Positions 10,552-21,009 of a stretch of DNA of 64,000 nt are shown here, one piece after another. The DNA lies in the NCBI GenBank assembly GCA_965369865.1, contig CBDURU010000004.1:10493-74492 (forward strand), given 5' to 3'. The position numbers were made by a program, and so were the translations under genes. The stretch comes from an uncultured bacterium. Lineage in GTDB: Bacteria; JAJVIF01; JAPKYR01. The notes under the pieces were generated by a model. That model saw only the letters and a program-made list of their open reading frames with translations, did not search any database and was not told the origin of the DNA. How positions within the stretch are numbered: the stretch's first letter is position 1; each line of letters opens with the position of its first letter.

Positions 10552-10767
10552 GGTTCTTTATGGGATAAAGGATAGCACAATTTCCAACCTGGTGGCATAC
10601 GATAAACGTGCAACGAATCCTGCGCATGATTGCGTTGTAGTGTTGCCGTTGCCCATGGAATTTTTTTTTGATTTTTTCGTTTCTCCGCAACAGTCAACAG
10701 TCTTTAATAGTACGTGTTTGACGTTTGATAATTTTCTAAAATTGTTAGCAGGCTGCTTTGTGGTCAT

Positions 10768-10998
10768 CTATGCTGAAAGGGAAATACGTCCGGCGGTCGT
10801 GATGCGGAAGGTTATCCTGCAAAACCGCTCCAATAAAGGCGCGCATACGCAGGAGGTTTTGATGACTGTTTTCAGAACTTTGAAACTCCGCGGTCACGAC
10901 CCGATCAAGACAGTCGTCTCAGCGCTGACGGATTACCTGATCACCGGCAAATTGACACCATTATCTGAATTATTTGACACAGATGGGTAAAGTGTTAC
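10768..10998 (+). mobile_element. IS66-family transposase C-terminal remnant with probable right end
   Basis: AEREIRPAVVMRK...RSNKGA...TLKLRGHDP matches the IS66 TnpC C-terminus. TTAC at 10995-10998 follows the stop; IS66 ends read GTAA...TTAC. Confidence 0.7.
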
Positions 10999-11144
10999 TA
11001 TAGGAAATACATAACCTGTCCCTGTATTTCTTTGCTAAACGCATGTATACTCCTTTGAGCATTTCTTGAGGAGACCACCCATGAAATGCCCCATGCTCTT
11101 GATTTTGTTATCATTTAAAACCACAGGCGTGAAGTATTAAAAAA

Positions 11145-12023
11145 ATGGCTGAAAACATTCGCAAATTTGAAAAAGATGGTCATCGAATTTATCATGGTGA
11201 TGCCACAGTAGTTCTTAGGACTGAGATTGCATCTGATTCCATTGACTTGATCTTTCTTGATCCACCCTACAATATAGGAAAGCAATTTGCTGGGTTTCAT
11301 GATAAATGGCCATCAGATAAATCCTATGCGGAATGGGCCTATGAGTGGTTGGATGAATGTATCAGAATTTTGAAGCCCAATGGTTCTTTATATGCAATGA
11401 CGAGCACTCAGGCCATGCCATATTTCGATCTCTATCTGAGAGATAAATTGACAGTAATTAGCAGGATAGTTTGGCATTATGATAGTTCCGGTGTTCAAGC
11501 TAAAAGAACATTCGGCTCACTCTACGAACCCATCCTTCATGGTGTTAAAAATCCGAAGCAATACATTTTTAATTCGGATGCAATTAAAATTGAAGCCAAA
11601 ACAGGCGCACAGCGGAAATTAATCGATTACAGGAAAGAAGTACCAACCCAATATAATACTGAGAAAGTTCCAGGCAATGTTTGGTATTTTCCTCGCGTCA
11701 GGTATCGCATGGATGAGTACGAGAACCATCCTTCTCAGAAACCAGAAGCTTTGCTGAAAAGAATTATCCTTGCAAGCAGCAACGAAAACGGCATTGTGCT
11801 TGATCCGTTTGCAGGAACTTTTACTACCGGTGCAGTATCACGTTTATTAAATCGAAAATCTATTAGCGTGGAGTCACAAGAAGAGTACTTAATGATTGGA
11901 TTGCGAAGAGTACTTAAATTGAATTCCTATAAAGATGAAGCCCTTAAATCTCCAGTAAAAGACTATTCCAAAAAGAAAACAGAAAATGAGTTGACGGGAG
12001 GCTTGTTCAATGCCATCAGTTAA
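11145..12023 (+). CDS. yhdJ: Beta-class DNA adenine methyltransferase, YhdJ-like
   Basis: DPPY precedes LDPFAGT (beta order); YDSSGVQAK, EAKTGAQRKLIDYRK and PRVRYRMDEYENHPSQKPEALLKRIILASSN closely resemble enterobacterial YhdJ as I recall it. Confidence 0.85.
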   Translation: MAENIRKFEKDGHRIYHGDATVVLRTEIASDSIDLIFLDPPYNIGKQFAGFHDKWPSDKSYAEWAYEWLDECIRILKPNGSLYAMTSTQAMPYFDLYLRDKLTVISRIVWHYDSSGVQAKRTFGSLYEPILHGVKNPKQYIFNSDAIKIEAKTGAQRKLIDYRKEVPTQYNTEKVPGNVWYFPRVRYRMDEYENHPSQKPEALLKRIILASSNENGIVLDPFAGTFTTGAVSRLLNRKSISVESQEEYLMIGLRRVLKLNSYKDEALKSPVKDYSKKKTENELTGGLFNAIS

Positions 12024-13158
12024 ACATGATTTTACACAGACAATTATCCGTATCTTAGAAGAGCATTTCCCAGGTCATGGTGAGCAGTTACTAGATAACA
12101 GCGAACTGCTACAGTACATAAACATAAAGGCAAAGGCGGCTAATCGTGGATCGAAATCAAGAAGCGGCTTTGCCAATCACTATGCTATATATGTGCTGAT
12201 CGAAGATTATTTAAATCATGGATTTAATGAGAGTGACGACTACACTAAATATGAGGGAGCGCAATATAGCAGACTCTTAAACCGACAACGTGAACTTCCG
12301 TTTGGCAGCAAGCTGCAGAATCATGCCCTAAATCATAGGTTAAACGAAGAATTTCATAAATATTTCCCCACTTCTACTCATGTAATAATAATTAGAGACG
12401 TTGAAACCAGTCGCTATTGGATTAATGAAAAATTGCTGCAAGTGAAACTTGGGAAAACTGTTTATAAAATAGCACCGGCCGTTAAAGCAATTATTGATGC
12501 CTATATCGAAGCAAGGTCTAGGTCCTTCGATGAATTTATGGGTTACTGCGAAGAGATAATGAAATTAGAGAAAGATGACGCCGATAAAGCCATTGAATTT
12601 GTCAAAGGGTTATTGAAACCAAATATCGATGCGCGTATTTTTGAAATAGTCAGTTATGCAATATTGAGGGAATTTTATTCTGACCAGAAAATATATTGGG
12701 GCTGGTCACCGGATGAAATTAATCCTGAATTCTTGGTCTTATACAAGACAGGCAGGACTAATGCTAATGATGGCGGAATCGATTTTGTGATGAAGCCTCT
12801 GGGGCGTTTTTTTCAGGTAACTGAAACAGTTGATGCAGGCAAGTATTTTCTTGATATTGATAAGGTTCAAAGATACCCGATTACTTTTGTCGTAAAAACC
12901 GAGCAGTCTGTCGAAGAAATTAAAAATAAAATCAAGGAGCAAGCTATTGAAAAATACGGGATAGTCGCTATCGTTGAGAAGTATATGACTTCGGTTGAGG
13001 AAGTAATTAATATAGCAGAGCTCATGTTAAGATTTGACGAAGTATTGAAAAATAATAAACTGCATGTGACTATTGAGGAAATTATTCTCCAGAGCAAAGT
13101 TGAATTTAATATTGATATTGAAGATGATAGCTTGGAGGATGAATCTGAAGATCAATAG
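12010..13158 (+). CDS. Putative type II restriction endonuclease
   Basis: 14-bp overlap with the MTase gene; AT-rich; nuclease-like segment FEIVSY...TGRTNANDGGIDF...FFQVTE. Confidence 0.7.
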   Translation: MPSVKHDFTQTIIRILEEHFPGHGEQLLDNSELLQYINIKAKAANRGSKSRSGFANHYAIYVLIEDYLNHGFNESDDYTKYEGAQYSRLLNRQRELPFGSKLQNHALNHRLNEEFHKYFPTSTHVIIIRDVETSRYWINEKLLQVKLGKTVYKIAPAVKAIIDAYIEARSRSFDEFMGYCEEIMKLEKDDADKAIEFVKGLLKPNIDARIFEIVSYAILREFYSDQKIYWGWSPDEINPEFLVLYKTGRTNANDGGIDFVMKPLGRFFQVTETVDAGKYFLDIDKVQRYPITFVVKTEQSVEEIKNKIKEQAIEKYGIVAIVEKYMTSVEEVINIAELMLRFDEVLKNNKLHVTIEEIILQSKVEFNIDIEDDSLEDESEDQ

Positions 13159-13232
13159 CCACTATCCTTCATCCCCCCTTTCCCCTAAAATATCCCTCAA
13201 TCAACCTCCTTCTCCCAAGGAGCCCGATACCA

Positions 13233-13340
13233 CTGCCTAAACTCCTCCTCTTCACTTTAACCATCCTCTTCGCGATTACCCTCGCATCCTGCACCGATCG
13301 CGCCGGTGCAAAAAACGATCCGCCATCCAAGGTTGAATAA
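13233..13340 (+). CDS. Possible 35-aa lipoprotein (CTG start) or lipoprotein gene remnant
   Basis: AAGGAG at 13217-13222; translates (M)PKLLLFTLTILFAITLASCTDRAGAKNDPPSKVE* with a LASC lipobox. Confidence 0.35.
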   Translation: MPKLLLFTLTILFAITLASCTDRAGAKNDPPSKVE

Positions 13341-13341
13341 G

Positions 13342-13366
13342 CATACGCCGGATGCGCATGTTACAT
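13342..13366. repeat. REP-like repeat (GTAACATGCGCATCC family)
   Basis: ggatgcgcatgttacat is shared with the repeat at 33915-34037. Confidence 0.55.
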
Positions 13367-13372
13367 TTGAGG

Positions 13373-14953
13373 TCATTCGTCCGGGTCGAGGTAGGGTTGC
13401 CAGGGGATGTCGATGTTGAGGATCAGGCGGAGGTTTAAAAGCAATCCCGCGAACTGTTCTGGGGTGGTTTCAGAATTTTCAAATGTCGTTGTTAAAATCC
13501 AGTCATAGTAAATTTCAGTGAGGGGATCGTAATACCTGTTGGCACCCTCATGCCATAATGTAAATTCTGGCTGCATCAGGCCCCATCTGAGCAGGTCGAG
13601 AGCCGCCGCACGGTCATCGGCGGTAGTTAATTCCGGGAGCAGAATGATAAGAGCGTCGTGAATACGGAATAATTCGTCACCGGTTAATTCAGCATCGAGG
13701 AATGATGCCTGGTCCGCTGAAAATGCTGTTAGTATTCCGGAATAGAGTTTTAAAAGTTCACCGTTACTTACCAGGCGCCTCTCTTCAATATGGGAAAGCA
13801 CTTTACCTTTAAGCAGCAATGCCGAATCGGTTGTTGTGAGCCATGCGTCAACCGGCATGTGAAGCATCCGGGCGATTGCGGCGAAACACAAGTCCCGTCG
13901 AACCTGCTCTGTAACATTGCTCTCGGCTTCCTGAAAAAGTGCGTTCGCCCACTGCCATGACGGCGCCCGTCCAAGAGCGTCGGCAATTACCCATGCTTCT
14001 TCGCCTTCCCCTGTTGGACCGTTTTCAAGTCCGCCGCTCATGAGGAAATCCACTATTAAATTTACATCATCATCCGTGTATGGATACATACCGCCTGAAT
14101 CCCATGTGGTTCGCGCCAGGTTCCAGTACATCCATCTGTGGAAATCAGAAACCCCACCACCATCGCGATATTGTTCAAGCTCGGAGAAGACCATGTCCAG
14201 GGCGGATTGGCGTGCAAGTTGAATGGACCTGAGCGACATCGCATGAGTGAGCCGTCCGTCCCAGAATGGCTGGTCGGGAGCAAGGTCCTGGAGGCTTTCG
14301 ATCTCACTGTTCCAGTCCAGAATCGCCCTGACACCGGATTCACCAGTGGCTGCGAGTGCGGTGTGAAGCCAGTCCCGCCACTGTGAAACATCATCCTGGG
14401 CAACCTCCCCAACCGGGACCTCAAGCAGATCACTCCTCGATTCGTAAAGTGAACCAAGCTGGCGAAGAATCTCCTCCGGGATGTTGTTCCGGCCAGTCTG
14501 GACAGATTCAACCCCCGCACGAGCGAATGCATAAATTGCCGTGACACCTTCAGCTATCAAATCAGAAGTCCTGGCTCTCAGTTGTTCATCATCAATAATT
14601 GCCAGGAACCTCTCCCGATCGAACGATGTTTTTCCCTCAGCAACCTGCTTTTTCAGATCGTCATTGAGAGCCCAGTAGATATCATTCATCTCCCTGAGAC
14701 GGTTGCCGAGTTCCCGATCTACTCTCTCCCCCCCTTTGTGAACCCATGCGAAATGGATAATCGGGTGGTACGGATGCGGCCAGTTAGAGATGGCAGGATC
14801 GCCGGGTATATATTCACCGTTTTCAGAAACCCAGGCGTTGTATTGACGCTCGACATCGTCATGGAGATTTCGCAGCCTGCTTGAAAATGGATTACATGCG
14901 ATGGAACTTATTACGACAGCAAGTAAAATGAGCAAGGTGGTTGTAAATCGCAT
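13373..14953 (-). CDS. Hypothetical lipoprotein
   Basis: Signal peptide ending SSIA-C; 526 aa, helical-looking, no recognised domain. Confidence 0.6.
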   Translation of the reverse strand: MRFTTTLLILLAVVISSIACNPFSSRLRNLHDDVERQYNAWVSENGEYIPGDPAISNWPHPYHPIIHFAWVHKGGERVDRELGNRLREMNDIYWALNDDLKKQVAEGKTSFDRERFLAIIDDEQLRARTSDLIAEGVTAIYAFARAGVESVQTGRNNIPEEILRQLGSLYESRSDLLEVPVGEVAQDDVSQWRDWLHTALAATGESGVRAILDWNSEIESLQDLAPDQPFWDGRLTHAMSLRSIQLARQSALDMVFSELEQYRDGGGVSDFHRWMYWNLARTTWDSGGMYPYTDDDVNLIVDFLMSGGLENGPTGEGEEAWVIADALGRAPSWQWANALFQEAESNVTEQVRRDLCFAAIARMLHMPVDAWLTTTDSALLLKGKVLSHIEERRLVSNGELLKLYSGILTAFSADQASFLDAELTGDELFRIHDALIILLPELTTADDRAAALDLLRWGLMQPEFTLWHEGANRYYDPLTEIYYDWILTTTFENSETTPEQFAGLLLNLRLILNIDIPWQPYLDPDE

Positions 14954-15261
14954 AGGATTTCTCCCGGCCGAAATTTAATGCTTATATCCACTGCTGTCCA
15001 GGATAATCTGATTTTGGACAAGCTTACCCCATAGAATAAGGCATCCATGCGGTTAAATCATTCTTTCCGGGTAGAGGTCTACCCTTTTTACAGGTATTTT
15101 TAAGTTCAATTCAACTCAAGCTGTCCATTTTATCTGTTTCGAGGAGGATTTTTCGCTTATAATTACCCCGCAACTGAAAAGTTGTTTTGGACATGAGTGG
15201 AAGTCAGTCTTGATTTTTGCCCCCCATTTGTGTATCCATTGTAACTTGTATGCTAATCAGT

Positions 15262-15279
15262 ATGGGAAATTTTTCACAA
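15262..15279. promoter_or_regulatory. Rex-like operator upstream of hppA
   Basis: ATGGGAA-ATTT-TTCACAA versus consensus TTGTGAA-N4-TTCACAA (2 mismatches). Confidence 0.4.
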
Positions 15280-15342
15280 GGTTTCCTGTTTTTTTACTGA
15301 AATCATAAAAATTATTCATCCGACCTAACATGAGGAGTTCCG

Positions 15343-17679
15343 ATGGAACCGGAAACAATAGTAGAAATCACTGAAGTAGCGGCACATGGAGCCGATTTTG
15401 TCTCAGAACCAATGAACTGGACCTACATGATCATTGTACTGGCCTGCTCTATTCTCGGTCTGGCAATCGCCTTGATGCTCAAGGGCTGGGTCATGAAACA
15501 GGACACGGGCGCCGAGAACATGCGCAAAATTTCTGATTACATTAGAGAGGGCGCGGAGGCGTTCCTGAAGAGGCAGAACACGACGATCATCTGGCTCGCC
15601 GTAGTGCTCACCGCGGTGCTGTTCGTGATGTACGCGTTCGTTCGATCGCCAAGGGAATTTGATCCGGTCCAGGACCCGATAGCGCTCGGACTCGCGATCG
15701 CCGGATCATTCATTTTCGGCGCGTTATGCTCGGTTTTCGCGGGTTACATCGGCATGTATGTAAGTATCCGCGCGAATATCCGGGTGGCGACCGCCGTGCA
15801 AACGAGCCTTAACAAGGCGCTGCAGATCGCGCTTAGAGGCGGCGCGGTCTCGGGAATATTTGTCGTCGCCGTAAGCCTTCTCGGGGTTGGATTGCTTTTC
15901 TCCCTCATCGAGCTGGCCGGCATATCCGATTCAGAACACATTCCCTTCCTGATAGTCGGCTATGGGTTCGGCGCGAGTTTCGTCGCGCTGTTCGCCCAGC
16001 TTGGCGGCGGTATCTACACTAAAGCCGCGGATGTCGGCGCGGACCTTGTCGGCAAGGTCGAGGCTGGAATCCCTGAGGACGATCCCAGGAACCCGGCTGT
16101 TATCGCCGACCTCGTTGGCGACAATGTCGGTGACTGCGCGGGCCGCGGCGCCGACCTTTTCGAGTCGACAGCCGCCGAGAATATCGGCGCGATGATCCTC
16201 GGCGCGACACTCGCGATGAACGCAAGCCAGGCGGGATATCCCTTCGTTTATGGAACGATTGGAGTCATGATGTTCCCGTTGATCGCCCGCGCCTTCGGGA
16301 TCATCGCGGCAATCGTGGGGATTATAAGTGTCAGCACGCCTGAGGATGGCGATCCGATGGTCGCCCTGAACAAAGGTTATGCATGGGCTGTCGTGCTCGC
16401 CATGATAGCGTTTGGCGGCACAACCTGGTGGCTTCTCAGTGTTGAGGGAGCACCAAATGCATGGTGGCATTTCTTCATATGCGGAATTATCGGCGTTCTG
16501 ACAAGTGTGGCTTTCGTGGGGATCACCCAGTATTACACCGAGCATAAATACAGGCCGGTCAAGGAGATCGCGGAAGCATCCACAACCGGTCCGGCAACAA
16601 ACATCATATCCGGAGTCGCGGTCGGCTTCGAATGCACCGCCGTTCCAACAATCGTAATGGGAATCGCGATTCTCGCAAGCTATTACATCGGGCGATTCGC
16701 GTTTCCGGCTGAAGCGCTCGCAAATGGAGTTAACGGCGGACTGTTCGGAACCGGTGTCGCGACAATGGGTATGCTGGCTACAGCGGCCTACATTCTCGCG
16801 ATGGACACATTCGGACCGATCGCGGACAATGCGGGCGGTATCGTCGAGATGAGCGGACAGCCGGAAGAGGTTCGCAAAAAAACCGACCGGCTCGATGCTG
16901 TCGGCAACACGACAAAAGCCCTTACAAAAGGATACGCGATCGGATCGGCCGCTCTCGCGGCGTTCCTCCTGTTCTCCGCTTTCATGGATGAGGTCGGGCT
17001 TTACGCAAAAGAGCAGATTATGCAGGATAACATACCATGGCCGGTCGTCGACCTGAGCAAGCCTGAGGTTTTTGTTGCCGCGCTTCTTGGAGCAATGCTT
17101 GTATTCCTGTTCTCCGCTCTTGCGATACGCGCGGTTGGAACAACAGCAAAGGCGGTCATCGAGGAAGTCCGACGCCAATTCAAAGACCTTCCCCGCGTCA
17201 ATGACATCATCCAGTTCACCAGCGATTTTAAACCTGACTACGGAACCTGCGTCGACCTCGTTACCAGGAATGCTCTCAAGGCAATGATCGCGCCGGGGCT
17301 TCTTGCCGTCTTAATGCCGGTCGCGGTCGGTGTCATCTTCAAAATTTTCATCGGATTGAGAAACGACCCACTTATCGCGGCGGAATCTGTCGCGGCAATG
17401 CTGATGGTCGGCACGATCACAGGAATTCTCATGGCAACCTTCCTCAACAACAGCGGCGGCGCATGGGATAATGCGAAGAAGTTCATCGAGGACGGCGCAT
17501 TCGGCGGTAAATACATCAAGGACGCAGACGGCAACGATATCAAGAACCCGACCCATGGCGCGGCGGTTGTCGGCGATACTGTCGGAGACCCGTTCAAAGA
17601 CACGGCGGGTCCGAGTATTCACGTTTTGATCAAGTTGCTGGCTACGGTGACGCTTGTACTGGCACCATTGTTTATTTGA
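15343..17679 (+). CDS. hppA: Membrane H+-translocating pyrophosphatase, K+-independent type
   Basis: GGIYTKAADVGADLVGKVE, DNVGD and GDTVGDPFKD motifs; GNTTK (Lys form) indicates K+ independence; many TM helices; GAGGAG RBS. Confidence 0.95.
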   Translation: MEPETIVEITEVAAHGADFVSEPMNWTYMIIVLACSILGLAIALMLKGWVMKQDTGAENMRKISDYIREGAEAFLKRQNTTIIWLAVVLTAVLFVMYAFVRSPREFDPVQDPIALGLAIAGSFIFGALCSVFAGYIGMYVSIRANIRVATAVQTSLNKALQIALRGGAVSGIFVVAVSLLGVGLLFSLIELAGISDSEHIPFLIVGYGFGASFVALFAQLGGGIYTKAADVGADLVGKVEAGIPEDDPRNPAVIADLVGDNVGDCAGRGADLFESTAAENIGAMILGATLAMNASQAGYPFVYGTIGVMMFPLIARAFGIIAAIVGIISVSTPEDGDPMVALNKGYAWAVVLAMIAFGGTTWWLLSVEGAPNAWWHFFICGIIGVLTSVAFVGITQYYTEHKYRPVKEIAEASTTGPATNIISGVAVGFECTAVPTIVMGIAILASYYIGRFAFPAEALANGVNGGLFGTGVATMGMLATAAYILAMDTFGPIADNAGGIVEMSGQPEEVRKKTDRLDAVGNTTKALTKGYAIGSAALAAFLLFSAFMDEVGLYAKEQIMQDNIPWPVVDLSKPEVFVAALLGAMLVFLFSALAIRAVGTTAKAVIEEVRRQFKDLPRVNDIIQFTSDFKPDYGTCVDLVTRNALKAMIAPGLLAVLMPVAVGVIFKIFIGLRNDPLIAAESVAAMLMVGTITGILMATFLNNSGGAWDNAKKFIEDGAFGGKYIKDADGNDIKNPTHGAAVVGDTVGDPFKDTAGPSIHVLIKLLATVTLVLAPLFI

Positions 17680-17749
17680 TTGTTGAAATTTATTATTGGA
17701 TGCAGGCAAGTTGTCTGCGTGACGAGAGAATTAGTACGTCAGGATTTTT

Positions 17750-17775
17750 AAAGCCGATATATTGTCGGCTTTTTT
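17750..17775 (+). terminator. Intrinsic terminator-like hairpin after hppA
   Basis: AAGCCGATATATTGTCGGCTT followed by a T-run; a similar hairpin AGCCGACATCCTGTCGGCT lies at about 17810-17828. Confidence 0.65.
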
Positions 17776-17982
17776 GTGTCTGCAATTTTAACTGGAGGAA
17801 AAAATAGAGAGCCGACATCCTGTCGGCTTGAATAAACACGTAGCGCATGCGTCCCGCCTGCCTCCATTAATCAAATAATTTTCCGGTGCACGTTCACCAG
17901 GCCACTTGATTATAAAACAATCCTGTAGCTTGACATAATTTCATTTCCATCTCTCACCCTACTCATTTATAATGCCAGGGCG

Positions 17983-20900
17983 ATGTCATTAGCTTTTCAG
18001 AAGAAAGGACTCAAGATCATATTCTCGGGACCGCCCGGTTCCGGGAAGACACGCAAACTAATCGAAATTTTCAATGATGCCCGAATGGAAGGGCGGGAAG
18101 ATAAGGTCCTGTTCCTCGTTCCCGATTCCGGCGCGAAAGAACACATCCGCGACATTATCGCCCGTCACAGCCCTACCGATGTTCCCCGGGCATTTTCGGA
18201 TCGTGGAATTCATTCGCTCTATTCCTACACAAGAAGAATTGGCGGCGACACGACGGCAGGGAAAATCCACCTGCACGCCTTGGTCAATAAATGGGTGAAT
18301 GAAAATAAAATCAATTCAGTTAAGAATCCTGTATTGAAAACCTCCGGCGGGAGGATAGCTCTTAGAGGCGCGATTTCAACGCTCAGGTCGAACGGATATA
18401 ATTCGGGGTCTCTTACCAAACTTCCCAAATCATCTATCGGACAAAATTCAGTGCTTCTTACGGGTCTGAAACTCTGGGAAGAATGGCTTTCGGAAACCGG
18501 GAAGTTAGATGAGCTGGATATACTTGAAAAGGCGGTTAGGAAAGCGGGTGCAGAGAAGTGGGAAACAGTCCTGATAGATGGATTCACTGAAATCAATCCT
18601 CTTCAGTGGAAGGTGATAGAAAGGCTCATTGAGACAGTTGAAAATGTCGCGGTAGCACTCGATCCGAAACAGATTCCATCGGACAGGCTATTTCAAAATT
18701 TTACCCGGCTTGGATTTGAGGAAGTTAAACTCGATGCCGGTTTACGGTGGAAGAAAAACGATGACCTTCGATGGCTTGCGGATGTCGAATCCTGGGATAT
18801 TCATTCAAGTAAACCCGATTCCTGCCCTGAAAATCCCGATAATAACCGGATCAAAATAATCAAGGCGGGGAATCCCAGGATTGAAGCGTCGCAGCTTGCG
18901 CGTGAAGTGACACGGTGTATTGCGGACGGTTATGAATACAGGGATATCGCGATCCTCACACCGTCGCTCGGGACAATCCACCGGGTTCTCAAATCGGAAT
19001 TTTCACGCGCCGGGATTCCGATAAGGTTTTACCTGCCGATTCCCCTTACTGAAACAGGCCCGGGGAATTTTGTCGGGCAATTGCTCGAAATAGTTGGTGG
19101 AAACTGGGATGACAGGGCTGTTTGTTCATTACTGTCGAATCCTGTTTCCGGGATTCCGCATGAAGATTCATCGAGAGCAAATTATGTAACCGGCACGAAA
19201 AGGCGTCTGGGAAGCATGGACGCCTGGCTTGCATGGGCGGATAATAATACTGGGGAATCCACAAGAGAGTTCCTTCATAAACTGGTTGAACTTAGTAACA
19301 AAGTGGAAATCGATCCAGTTAAATTTACAGGGGAAATAATTCAGGTCGCGGAAGATAAAATCCGCGCAAGCTGGAAAGAATTTCCTGACGATTTGATAAA
19401 AGATGAAGGATGGGCATGGCGTGCGGTTGAATCATGTCTCACGGGATCATCGAGCATGTACCGGGATATTCATCCAGTTTCCTCAAAAGATAAATTATTA
19501 GATTTTTTAAAATCGGAACTCAGACTTGAGAAAGGTAAACCCCTCGATCGAAGAAGCGAGTGTGTTAATGCTGTAACGCTGCTCGGATCCCGAACATGGG
19601 GGATTAAGGTGGCCATGGTGTGCGGTCTTTCGCGAGATAATTTCCCTAAAAAGCCGGTTAAAAACCCATTCCTTCCCGATGAGCTTCGCGAGAATCTTAC
19701 TCCCCAGCTTCCATCGTACGATGATTTAAAGAATCGCGAGGAAGCGCTTTTCAGAATCGCGGTGACACGCGCGAGCGATCGGATAGTGCTCTCATGGCCA
19801 TCGACCGATTCATCCGGGTCGCCCAACCTGCCTTCAGGACCCATAGAGAAACTGGTTGAATGGATTCTTAACGGTGAGGAACCCAAGACGATCGAACACG
19901 ATCCGCCGGGGGATGTTGATAAATCTGTTTTCGCAAGAGATCTGGCATCGCTCGCACTCGAAAATAAAATCGATGACCCGGAGCTGATTGAATCGGTATC
20001 GGCCGATTTGGGAATTCCGCTTGCTGAAGCGGTTAATTCAGAAAAATATGAATCAGTGACAATAGAAGACAGAGAATTTCTTTCCAACAGCGCAATCGGA
20101 TCGAAGGGTAAGCCGGTCTCGCCGACCGATCTGAACCATTTAAGCCAGTGTCCCTACAGGTTTTTTGCAAAACGTGTGCTCAAACTTTCGGATCCGAACC
20201 GCGATCGTGTGCGAAAAGGGTTTGATTTCATGCACTGGGGGAATATCGCGCACGACGCGTTGTCCGAGTGGTTCCGTGGTGGAAAAAAAGATGAGTTCGA
20301 ACCCTTAGTAAGGAAGGCATTAAATAAACAGAGGGAACTTACAGGAAACTCGGTGACCGAAGCGCGAATCGGTCAAATTGTCGATGCGCTTAACCGTTTC
20401 GCTGAGTTCGAGAGGGATCACTGGCCGGATGGATTTACGCAAATTGAATCCGAGCTTGTTTTCGATACCCCTGAAAAAAGGGACAGGATACATAAAGGAA
20501 AGGGATATGATCCGGTCGAATTTGAGATAGATAAGGACGTAACAATTTTCCTGAGTGGACGGGTCGACCGGGTTGATGCCGGTGAGGGAAATATCGCGAT
20601 TGTTTCCGATTACAAGAGATCGGAAAAGAATGACAAGTTTCTCAAGAAGGGTCTGGACTTTCAGCTCGCTTGTTATATCGAATTAGTGAAGGCAGGCCTT
20701 GGGGTCGATGTCGCTATGGCATGTTACCTCCCCATAAAAAACATTACCGCCAAGGGTGCAGGATCGGTGATTTTCGATCCGGAAACCGATCTCAAGCCGG
20801 ATGATTCAATTTTCAAAACGCGCGATGAACTTTTTTTGGACACACACCTTGGATTAGTAAGGGAGAATATCGCCAATTTAGTCGGGAAACTTGCCGGTGG

Positions 20901-21009
20901 GAAAATCGATCCGATCCCGACGGACCATAATAAATGCGGGCGAAAATGCGATTATCACGACCTGTGTCGATTCAAATTCTCCGGGGACGAGGGGGATAGC
21001 GATGGCTGA
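17983..21009 (+). CDS. addB: AddB-like helicase/nuclease subunit
   Basis: Walker A GPPGSGKT, degenerate IDGF, RIAVTRA, PD-(D/E)xK nuclease GRVDRVD...DYK, Fe-S cysteines CPYRF...CGRKCDYHDLC. Confidence 0.8.
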   Translation: MSLAFQKKGLKIIFSGPPGSGKTRKLIEIFNDARMEGREDKVLFLVPDSGAKEHIRDIIARHSPTDVPRAFSDRGIHSLYSYTRRIGGDTTAGKIHLHALVNKWVNENKINSVKNPVLKTSGGRIALRGAISTLRSNGYNSGSLTKLPKSSIGQNSVLLTGLKLWEEWLSETGKLDELDILEKAVRKAGAEKWETVLIDGFTEINPLQWKVIERLIETVENVAVALDPKQIPSDRLFQNFTRLGFEEVKLDAGLRWKKNDDLRWLADVESWDIHSSKPDSCPENPDNNRIKIIKAGNPRIEASQLAREVTRCIADGYEYRDIAILTPSLGTIHRVLKSEFSRAGIPIRFYLPIPLTETGPGNFVGQLLEIVGGNWDDRAVCSLLSNPVSGIPHEDSSRANYVTGTKRRLGSMDAWLAWADNNTGESTREFLHKLVELSNKVEIDPVKFTGEIIQVAEDKIRASWKEFPDDLIKDEGWAWRAVESCLTGSSSMYRDIHPVSSKDKLLDFLKSELRLEKGKPLDRRSECVNAVTLLGSRTWGIKVAMVCGLSRDNFPKKPVKNPFLPDELRENLTPQLPSYDDLKNREEALFRIAVTRASDRIVLSWPSTDSSGSPNLPSGPIEKLVEWILNGEEPKTIEHDPPGDVDKSVFARDLASLALENKIDDPELIESVSADLGIPLAEAVNSEKYESVTIEDREFLSNSAIGSKGKPVSPTDLNHLSQCPYRFFAKRVLKLSDPNRDRVRKGFDFMHWGNIAHDALSEWFRGGKKDEFEPLVRKALNKQRELTGNSVTEARIGQIVDALNRFAEFERDHWPDGFTQIESELVFDTPEKRDRIHKGKGYDPVEFEIDKDVTIFLSGRVDRVDAGEGNIAIVSDYKRSEKNDKFLKKGLDFQLACYIELVKAGLGVDVAMACYLPIKNITAKGAGSVIFDPETDLKPDDSIFKTRDELFLDTHLGLVRENIANLVGKLAGGKIDPIPTDHNKCGRKCDYHDLCRFKFSGDEGDSDG

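Noticed and set aside
10034..10990. 318-aa plus-strand ORF as a real gene
   Set aside because: Mostly antisense to the NtrX-like gene; only the last ~73 codons (IS66 remnant) are meaningful
15931..17178. 415-aa ORF antisense to hppA, and many similar overlapping ORFs
   Set aside because: Shadow frames of well-supported genes, with no motifs of their own
20891..21001. N-terminal extension of AddA given in the ORF track
   Set aside because: It overlaps the addB Fe-S coding region; ATG 21002 gives a typical AddA start just before Walker A
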